Shown piece after piece: positions 57,199 to 64,000 of a stretch of DNA of 64,000 nt. The notes under the pieces are model-generated. The model did not search any database, had not been told where the DNA came from, and was given only the letters and a program-made list of their open reading frames with translations. The DNA comes from a plasmid: sequence record NZ_CP088986.1; one strand, 5' to 3'. Each line of letters starts with the position of its first letter. Within the stretch, counting starts at the first letter, position 1. Both the position numbers and the translations under genes were made by a program.

Positions 57199-57760
57199 TA
57201 CGTCGTCCCGTCAGGCGGGCCATGCCGCCCGGTATGTTGTCGCCCGGGTTCTGCGAGGACTGTTCTGGTGTCTGAAATACGCCGTCATTCTGCCACTGGC
57301 CACAATGGCCCTGATGGCTCTGTTTGTTTTATGGAAGGACAACACCACACCAGGAAAATTACTGGTTCAGGAAATTGACTTCGTAAGACAAACAGCCCCT
57401 GCCGGGCAGTTTCCTGTAAGAGAATGTTTGCCTTCTCTGCATGATCTTCCAGGAGCAGAAGAGAAAATCTGCCGTTACCGTGCTGCTGATGCTGCAGATT
57501 ATGTCAGGGAGACTGACCGGTCACTGATGCAACTGGTCACCGCATTCTGGGCAACGCTGGCACTTATGTATATGTCGTTTGCGGCAGGCACCGGGAAATA
57601 TCCGGTGCGACCCGGAAAAATGAAATGTGTCCGTGTGGCAACAGCAGATGAGCGTCTGAAGGAAGTTCTTGCAGAAGACACTTCCCTGCCGGGAAAAATC
57701 AGGGAATGCCATGTTTATTTCCCCGATGACAGAACAATCAGAAACAACGGAGAAAAATGA
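57185..57760 (+). CDS. traP: TraP
   Basis: 191 aa membrane protein. Confidence 0.7.
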   Translation: MMANNTSSRQAGHAARYVVARVLRGLFWCLKYAVILPLATMALMALFVLWKDNTTPGKLLVQEIDFVRQTAPAGQFPVRECLPSLHDLPGAEEKICRYRAADAADYVRETDRSLMQLVTAFWATLALMYMSFAAGTGKYPVRPGKMKCVRVATADERLKEVLAEDTSLPGKIRECHVYFPDDRTIRNNGEK

Positions 57761-57954
57761 ACATGCGTAATATTAATGTTATTACAGCCCTCTCTGTGCC
57801 GGGTAAAACCGTGTCAGATGATTTTATGCATGCTGTTCTCAGTAACTGCGCCACAAGAATCGTACTTCCTGCACCGGAGAAATTCGGTTCTGAGTCATTG
57901 CCGGACAATTTTAATATGACTGCTGTCGGTGTGATGAAGAATTCAGAAATATAA
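57757..57954 (+). CDS. trbD: TrbD
   Basis: 65 aa. Confidence 0.6.
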   Translation: MNMRNINVITALSVPGKTVSDDFMHAVLSNCATRIVLPAPEKFGSESLPDNFNMTAVGVMKNSEI

Positions 57955-57965
57955 GGAACCCTTCG

Positions 57966-58217
57966 ATGAATAAGCTGGTTTCTGATGGCAGCGTCAAAAA
58001 AATAAATTATCCGGTGCTGTATGAGTCCGGAATAACACCTCCGTTATGTGAAGTCAGTGCACCAGAGCCTGATGCGGGTGGGAAACGCATTGTGGCATAT
58101 GTTTATAAATCATCACGGAATACGGTTTTTGAAAATCCTGACATTGTAAAAACCTGTACGGTCAGGGATTTGAAGAATGATTTTGTGAACTGCGATGAGA
58201 AAGGTGAGGGACAATGA
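57966..58217 (+). CDS. trbG: TrbG
   Basis: 83 aa. Confidence 0.6.
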   Translation: MNKLVSDGSVKKINYPVLYESGITPPLCEVSAPEPDAGGKRIVAYVYKSSRNTVFENPDIVKTCTVRDLKNDFVNCDEKGEGQ

Positions 58218-58729
58218 AACAGATTTCTTTATTTATTCCTCTGCTGGGGACCTTATTACTTTCCGGCTGTGCCGGAACCAGTACGGAATTTGAGTGTAAC
58301 GCCACCACATCCGATACCTGTATGACGATGGAGCAGGCCAATGAGAAGGCCAAAAAACTGGAGCAGTCCTCAGAAGCAAAGCCGGTTGCGGCATCACTGC
58401 CGCGCCTGGCTGAAGGGAACTTCCGGACAATGCCGGTGCAGACCGTCACCGCGACCACTCCGTCCGGCAGCAGACCTGCGGTGACAGCACATCCGGAGCA
58501 GAAACTGCTGGCACCTCGCCCGCTGTTTACCGCGGCCCGGGAAGTGAAAACGGTTGTTCCGGTCAGTTCAGTTACGCCGGTAACACCACCTCGTCCGCTA
58601 AGAACGGGTGAGCAGACGGCAGCATTATGGATAGCGCCTTATATTGATAACCAGGATGTTTATCATCAGCCATCCAGCGTGTTTTTTGTTATTAAACCGT
58701 CTGCGTGGGGAAAACCACGTATTAATTAA
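58214..58729 (+). CDS. traV: TraV outer-membrane lipoprotein
   Basis: Lipobox LLSGC; 171 aa. Confidence 0.85.
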   Translation: MKQISLFIPLLGTLLLSGCAGTSTEFECNATTSDTCMTMEQANEKAKKLEQSSEAKPVAASLPRLAEGNFRTMPVQTVTATTPSGSRPAVTAHPEQKLLAPRPLFTAAREVKTVVPVSSVTPVTPPRPLRTGEQTAALWIAPYIDNQDVYHQPSSVFFVIKPSAWGKPRIN

Positions 58730-58863
58730 CTGGCCCTGAAGTTGTATATCAGCCGGCAATGCCGGCGGGCTTTCTGTATTCAAAATCTGCCTGTAAAACG
58801 AGTGCCCTGTGCGTGAAAAGGGATGGGCGGTAGCGTGTCAGAACATGTCGGGAGGAATATTCC

Positions 58864-59085
58864 GTGAGTGATGAAGCCGATGAAGCATATTCAGTGACAG
58901 AACAACTGACCATGACAGGAATAAACCGGATACGCCAGAAAATAAATGCTCATGGTATTCCTGTTTATCTCTGTGAAGCATGCGGAAATCCTATTCCGGA
59001 AGCCCGGCGGAAAATATTTCCCGGTGTGACGTTGTGCGTTGAATGTCAGGCGTATCAGGAAAGACAGAGAAAACATTATGCATAA
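58864..59085 (+). CDS. traR: TraR (DksA/TraR C4 zinc finger)
   Basis: CEACGNPIPEARRKIFPGVTLCVEC. Confidence 0.85.
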   Translation: MSDEADEAYSVTEQLTMTGINRIRQKINAHGIPVYLCEACGNPIPEARRKIFPGVTLCVECQAYQERQRKHYA

Positions 59086-59244
59086 GTCAGTCGCAGAACA
59101 TAGTGATTTAATTCCGGATGAACATGAGTGGATATTCAGAAAACAGAAATCTTTGTATATGCGCCGGGAAATGGCGCGTTAATTACAGGTATTCCCTTCA
59201 TGGCTACCGCATTTCTCGCTTTATTTTTCAACTAAGGAATTCAT

Positions 59245-61872
59245 GTGAATAACCCACTTGAGGCCGTCACTCAGGCGGTTAACTCCCTCGTCACAGCACT
59301 GAAACTGCCTGACGAATCCGCAAAGGCCAATGAAGTTCTGGGCGAAATGAGCTTCCCGCAGTTCAGCCGTCTGCTGCCGTACCGTGATTACAACCAGGAA
59401 TCCGGTCTGTTCATGAATGACACCACGATGGGCTTTATGCTGGAAGCCATCCCCATCAATGGGGCGAATGAGTCCATTGTGGAGGCCCTCGATCATATGC
59501 TGCGCACCAAACTGCCGCGCGGTATTCCGTTGTGTATCCATCTGATGTCCAGTCAGCTGGTTGGTGACAGGATTGAATACGGGCTGCGTGAGTTCTCCTG
59601 GTCTGGCGAACAGGCCGAACGGTTTAACGCCATTACCCGGGCCTATTATATGAAAGCGGCAGCGACACAGTTTCCGCTGCCGGAGGGAATGAATCTGCCC
59701 CTGACCCTGCGCCATTACCGGGTGTTTATCTCGTACTGTTCTCCCTCGAAGAAAAAAAGCCGGGCCGACATTCTGGAAATGGAAAACCTGGTGAAAATCA
59801 TCCGGGCGTCGTTACAGGGGGCCAGTATCACCACACAGACGGTGGATGCACAGGCCTTTATCGATATTGTCGGGGAGATGATTAACCATAACCCGGATTC
59901 CCTGTACCCGAAAAGACGTCAGCTGGACCCGTATTCTGATCTGAATTATCAGTGTGTGGAGGACAGTTTTGATCTGAAAGTCCGGGCTGATTACCTGACG
60001 CTGGGCCTGCGTGAGAACGGCAGGAACAGCACGGCCCGCATCCTGAATTTCCATCTGGCCCGTAACCCGGAAATCGCCTTCCTGTGGAACATGGCCGACA
60101 ACTACAGCAACCTGCTGAACCCGGAACTGTCCATCTCCTGTCCGTTCATCCTGACGCTGACTCTGGTGGTGGAAGACCAGGTGAAAACCCACAGCGAAGC
60201 CAACCTGAAGTACATGGACCTGGAGAAAAAGTCGAAGACCTCCTATGCCAAATGGTTTCCGTCCGTGGAGAAAGAGGCGAAGGAGTGGGGGGAACTGCGT
60301 CAGCGGCTGGGCTCCGGTCAGTCCTCCGTGGTGTCCTACTTCCTCAACATCACAGCCTTCTGCAAGGATAATAATGAAACGGCACTGGAAGTGGAGCAGG
60401 ACATCCTGAACAGCTTCCGTAAAAACGGTTTTGAGCTGATTTCACCGCGCTTTAACCACATGCGCAATTTCCTGACCTGTCTGCCCTTTATGGCCGGGAA
60501 AGGGTTGTTTAAACAGCTGAAAGAGGCCGGAGTGGTACAGCGCGCAGAGAGCTTTAATGTGGCCAACCTGATGCCGTTAGTGGCGGATAACCCCCTGACA
60601 CCGGCAGGTCTGCTGGCACCCACCTACCGTAACCAGCTGGCGTTTATCGATATTTTCTTCCGGGGGATGAATAACACCAACTACAACATGGCGGTCTGTG
60701 GCACCTCCGGGGCCGGTAAAACCGGGCTGATACAGCCACTTATCCGCAGCGTGCTGGACTCCGGAGGCTTTGCCGTGGTGTTCGACATGGGGGATGGATA
60801 CAAGTCCCTGTGTGAGAACATGGGCGGGGTGTATCTGGACGGTGAAACCCTGCGTTTTAACCCGTTTGCGAACATCACCGATATTGACCAGTCAGCGGAG
60901 CGTGTCCGTGACCAGTTGTCAGTGATGGCCAGCCCCAACGGTAACCTGGATGAAGTGCATGAAGGTCTGCTGTTGCAGGCGGTCAGAGCCTCCTGGCTGG
61001 CCAAAGAGAACAGAGCACGTATTGATGACGTGGTGGATTTCCTGAAAAACGCCAGTGACAGCGAGCAGTATGCCGAGTCACCGACTATCCGCAGCCGTCT
61101 GGACGAAATGATTGTGCTGCTTGACCAGTACACTGCCAACGGCACTTACGGCCAGTATTTTAACTCTGATGAGCCGTCCCTGCGGGATGACGCAAAAATG
61201 GTGGTGCTGGAGCTGGGCGGACTGGAAGACCGTCCGTCACTGCTGGTTGCGGTGATGTTCTCCCTGATTATCTACATCGAGAACAGGATGTACCGCACGC
61301 CGCGTAACCTCAAGAAACTGAACGTTATTGATGAAGGCTGGCGTCTGCTGGACTTCAAAAATCACAAGGTCGGTGAATTTATTGAGAAAGGCTACCGTAC
61401 GGCCCGCCGTCATACCGGTGCCTATATCACCATCACACAGAACATCGTCGACTTTGACTCTGATAAGGCCTCCAGTGCTGCCCGCGCGGCATGGGGTAAC
61501 TCCTCCTACAAAATTATCCTCAAACAGAGTGCGAAGGAGTTCGCGAAATACAACCAACTGTATCCGGACCAGTTCCTGCCACTGCAGCGCGACATGATTG
61601 GTAAGTTTGGTGCGGCCAAAGACCAGTGGTTCAGTTCCTTCCTGCTGCAGGTGGAAAACCATTCCTCCTGGCACCGTCTGTTTGTGGACCCGTTAAGCCG
61701 CGCCATGTACAGCTCTGACGGCCCGGATTTTGAGTTTGTGCAGCAGAAGCGTAAAGAGGGGCTGAGTATTCATGAGGCGGTGTGGCAGCTGGCGTGGAAG
61801 AAGTCAGGGCCGGAGATGGCTTCGCTGGAAGCCTGGCTGGAAGAACATGAGAAATACAGGAGTGTTGCATGA
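59245..61872 (+). CDS. traC: TraC VirB4-like ATPase (875 aa)
   Basis: Walker A GTSGAGKT; length and order. Confidence 0.9.
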   Translation: MNNPLEAVTQAVNSLVTALKLPDESAKANEVLGEMSFPQFSRLLPYRDYNQESGLFMNDTTMGFMLEAIPINGANESIVEALDHMLRTKLPRGIPLCIHLMSSQLVGDRIEYGLREFSWSGEQAERFNAITRAYYMKAAATQFPLPEGMNLPLTLRHYRVFISYCSPSKKKSRADILEMENLVKIIRASLQGASITTQTVDAQAFIDIVGEMINHNPDSLYPKRRQLDPYSDLNYQCVEDSFDLKVRADYLTLGLRENGRNSTARILNFHLARNPEIAFLWNMADNYSNLLNPELSISCPFILTLTLVVEDQVKTHSEANLKYMDLEKKSKTSYAKWFPSVEKEAKEWGELRQRLGSGQSSVVSYFLNITAFCKDNNETALEVEQDILNSFRKNGFELISPRFNHMRNFLTCLPFMAGKGLFKQLKEAGVVQRAESFNVANLMPLVADNPLTPAGLLAPTYRNQLAFIDIFFRGMNNTNYNMAVCGTSGAGKTGLIQPLIRSVLDSGGFAVVFDMGDGYKSLCENMGGVYLDGETLRFNPFANITDIDQSAERVRDQLSVMASPNGNLDEVHEGLLLQAVRASWLAKENRARIDDVVDFLKNASDSEQYAESPTIRSRLDEMIVLLDQYTANGTYGQYFNSDEPSLRDDAKMVVLELGGLEDRPSLLVAVMFSLIIYIENRMYRTPRNLKKLNVIDEGWRLLDFKNHKVGEFIEKGYRTARRHTGAYITITQNIVDFDSDKASSAARAAWGNSSYKIILKQSAKEFAKYNQLYPDQFLPLQRDMIGKFGAAKDQWFSSFLLQVENHSSWHRLFVDPLSRAMYSSDGPDFEFVQQKRKEGLSIHEAVWQLAWKKSGPEMASLEAWLEEHEKYRSVA

Positions 61873-62255
61873 CCACAACGCAAAAAACGACTGACGTTAC
61901 AGCCCGTCGACGCAGCCACTGGTGGTGGACGGTGCCGGGATGCCTGGCAATGGTGTTACTGAACGCAGCCATCAGTTACGGCATTGTCAGACTGAACGCA
62001 CCGGTGACTGCCGCCTTCAACATGAAACAGACCGTGGATGCGTTTTTTGACAGCGCCAGTCAGAAACAACTGTCAGAAGCACAGTCAAAAGCCCTTTCAG
62101 CGCGTTTTAACACGGCACTGGAAGCCAGCCTGCAGGCATGGCAGCAGAAACACCACGCGGTCATTCTGGTGTCGCCTGCCGTGGTACAGGGGGCTCCGGA
62201 TATCACCCGGGAAATCCAGCAGGATATCGCCCGGCGAATGAGGGCGGAGCCATGA
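61869..62255 (+). CDS. trbI: TrbI
   Basis: 128 aa. Confidence 0.7.
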   Translation: MTTTQKTTDVTARRRSHWWWTVPGCLAMVLLNAAISYGIVRLNAPVTAAFNMKQTVDAFFDSASQKQLSEAQSKALSARFNTALEASLQAWQQKHHAVILVSPAVVQGAPDITREIQQDIARRMRAEP

Positions 62256-62884
62256 GATGCCGGGGGCTGATTGCCCTGCTGATATGGGGGCAGAGTGTGG
62301 CCGCCGCCGATCTTGGTACCTGGGGCGATCTGTGGCCGGTAAAGGAGCCGGACATGCTGACGGTGATCATGCAGCGCCTGACGGCACTGGAGCAGTCCGG
62401 TGAGATGGGCCGGAAAATGGATGCCTTTAAGGAGCGGGTGATCCGCAACAGTCTGCGGCCCCCTGCCGTGCCCGGTATCGGACGCACGGAGAAATACGGC
62501 AGCCGGTTGTTTGACCCGTCCGTCAGACTGGCTGCGGATATCCGGGATAACGAAGGGCGGGTGTTTGCCCGTCAGGGTGAAGTGATGAATCCGCTGCAGT
62601 ATGTTCCTTTTAACCAGACGCTGTATTTCATCAATGGCGATGATCCGGCGCAGGTGGCCTGGATGAAACGCCAGACGCCGCCCACACTGGAGAGCAAAAT
62701 TATCCTCGTGCAGGGCAGTATCCCGGAGATGCAGAAGTCTCTGGACAGCCGTGTTTACTTTGACCAGAACGGTGTGCTCTGCCAGCGCCTCGGCATTGAT
62801 CAGGTCCCGGCACGGGTGAGCGCCGTTCCCGGCGATCGCTTCCTGAAGGTGGAATTTATTCCGGCAGAGGAGGGCAGAAAATGA
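62252..62884 (+). CDS. traW: TraW
   Basis: 210 aa with signal peptide; ATG overlaps trbI stop. Confidence 0.8.
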   Translation: MRCRGLIALLIWGQSVAAADLGTWGDLWPVKEPDMLTVIMQRLTALEQSGEMGRKMDAFKERVIRNSLRPPAVPGIGRTEKYGSRLFDPSVRLAADIRDNEGRVFARQGEVMNPLQYVPFNQTLYFINGDDPAQVAWMKRQTPPTLESKIILVQGSIPEMQKSLDSRVYFDQNGVLCQRLGIDQVPARVSAVPGDRFLKVEFIPAEEGRK

Positions 62885-63873
62885 AGCGAAGGCTGTGGCT
62901 GCTGATGTTATTCCTTTTCGCCGGTCATGTCCCTGCGGCGTCTGCGGATTCTGCCTGTGAGGGGCGTTTTGTAAACCCGATCACAGATATCTGCTGGAGC
63001 TGTATTTTCCCGCTCTCGCTGGGCAGTATCAAAGTCAGTCAGGGTAAGGTCCCCGACACGGCGAACCCGTCGATGCCCATTCAGATTTGTCCGGCACCGC
63101 CGCCGCTGTTCAGGCGTATCGGGCTGGCCATTGGTTACTGGGAGCCGATGGCGTTGACGGACGTCACCCGGTCACCGGGATGCATGGTGAACCTGGGCTT
63201 CAGCCTGCCGGCTTTTGGTAAAACGGCACAGGGAACGGCGAAAAAGGATGAGAAGCAGGTAAATGGGGCGTTCTATCACGTTCACTGGTACAAATACCCG
63301 CTGACGTACTGGCTGAACATCATCACATCGCTGGGCTGTCTGGAAGGTGGTGACCTGGATATCGCTTATCTTTCTGAAATCGACCCCACCTGGACGGACA
63401 GCAGCCTGACCACCATTCTCAATCCGGAAGCTGTCATCTTTGCCAATCCGATAGCACAGGGAGCCTGCGCAGCAGATGCGATTGCCAGCGCCTTTAATAT
63501 GCCTCTCGATGTTCTGTTCTGGTGTGCCGGTTCGCAGGGCAGTATGTACCCGTTCAATGGCTGGGTGAGTAATGAGTCCAGTCCGTTGCAGTCCTCCCTG
63601 CTGGTCAGTGAACGCATGGCGTTCAAGCTGCACCGTCAGGGCATGATTATGGAAACCATCGGGAAAAATAACGCCGTCTGTAATGAATATCCGTCCCCAA
63701 TCCTGCCCAAAGAACGCTGGCGTTACCAGATGGTGAATATGTACCCGGACAGCGGACAGTGCCATCCGTTCGGGCGCAGTGTGACCCGCTGGGAAACCGG
63801 GAAAAATCCGCCCAATACAAAGAAAAACTTCGGCTACCTGATGTGGCGTAAACGTAACTGTGTCTTCCTGTAA
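62881..63873 (+). CDS. traU: TraU
   Basis: 330 aa with signal peptide. Confidence 0.85.
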   Translation: MKRRLWLLMLFLFAGHVPAASADSACEGRFVNPITDICWSCIFPLSLGSIKVSQGKVPDTANPSMPIQICPAPPPLFRRIGLAIGYWEPMALTDVTRSPGCMVNLGFSLPAFGKTAQGTAKKDEKQVNGAFYHVHWYKYPLTYWLNIITSLGCLEGGDLDIAYLSEIDPTWTDSSLTTILNPEAVIFANPIAQGACAADAIASAFNMPLDVLFWCAGSQGSMYPFNGWVSNESSPLQSSLLVSERMAFKLHRQGMIMETIGKNNAVCNEYPSPILPKERWRYQMVNMYPDSGQCHPFGRSVTRWETGKNPPNTKKNFGYLMWRKRNCVFL

Positions 63874-63898
63874 AACTACTAATTCTGAAGGATTTTTT

Positions 63899-64000
63899 AT
63901 GTATAAACAGGCAACAGAATTAATGCTGAACTTTAAAGACCGCATTCTGATTAAGGGGGAAGAAGATACCGGCAAGTCAACTCTCCTGACTGAAATAAGA
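63899..64000 (+). CDS. partial ORF (5' 34 codons) with P-loop-like GEEDTGKST, inside tra operon after traU; truncated by window end
   Basis: MYKQATELMLNFKDRILIKGEEDTGKSTLLTEI...; not TrbC-like (no signal peptide). Confidence 0.3.
   Translation, partial: MYKQATELMLNFKDRILIKGEEDTGKSTLLTEIR

Noticed and set aside
59221-61706. Antisense ORFs inside traC (59221-59715, 59812-60192, 60681-61145, 61237-61674)
   Set aside because: They lie entirely within the well-supported traC coding sequence on the opposite strand and have no RBS or family resemblance.

Overview
This window is a segment of an IncFII (R100/NR1-like) F-type conjugative resistance plasmid from Enterobacteriaceae. Its parts, in order: (1) 1-3327, replicon and maintenance: repA1, an ori region with a DnaA box, a CPBP-family membrane protease and pemI/pemK. 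(2) 3328-27763, a ~24.4-kb mosaic multidrug-resistance region bounded by two non-identical IS1 fragments. It holds a Tn2/Tn3 end, three directly oriented IS26 and two inverted IS6100. It also holds two inverted 3'-CS copies (sul1, Δorf5, chrA-derived sequence, qacEΔ1) and a Morganella-derived module (ΔhybF-ampR-blaDHA-1-orf1-pspDCBA-pspF-qnrB4-ΔSDR). The rest is a truncated class 1 integron (ΔintI1-dfrA17-aadA5-qacEΔ1-sul1-Δorf5-chrA-padR) and the IS6100-mphR(A)-mrx-mph(A)-IS26 macrolide unit. (3) 27764-29960, an IS1-truncated gene remnant and uncharacterised small ORFs. (4) 29963-31460, the parMRC (stbAB) partition locus. (5) 31796-50954, the conjugative leading region. It carries two orphan DNA methyltransferases, klcA/ardB, ssb, a parB-like gene, psiB/psiA, hok/mok/sok and many conserved hypothetical genes. 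It also carries an IS66-family insertion with an 8-bp TSD and four copies of a ~0.45-0.6-kb structured repeat resembling Frpo/ssi single-strand promoters. Two of the four copies are preceded by a variable (CTGCTA)n microsatellite. (6) 51251-64000, gene X, oriT and the transfer operon from traM to traU, plus a partial ORF at the window edge. The most interesting candidates for undescribed biology are the leading-region repeat/micro-ORF architecture, the block of uncharacterised leading-region genes (possible anti-defence functions) and the IS1-truncated gene remnant with adjacent divergent ORFs.
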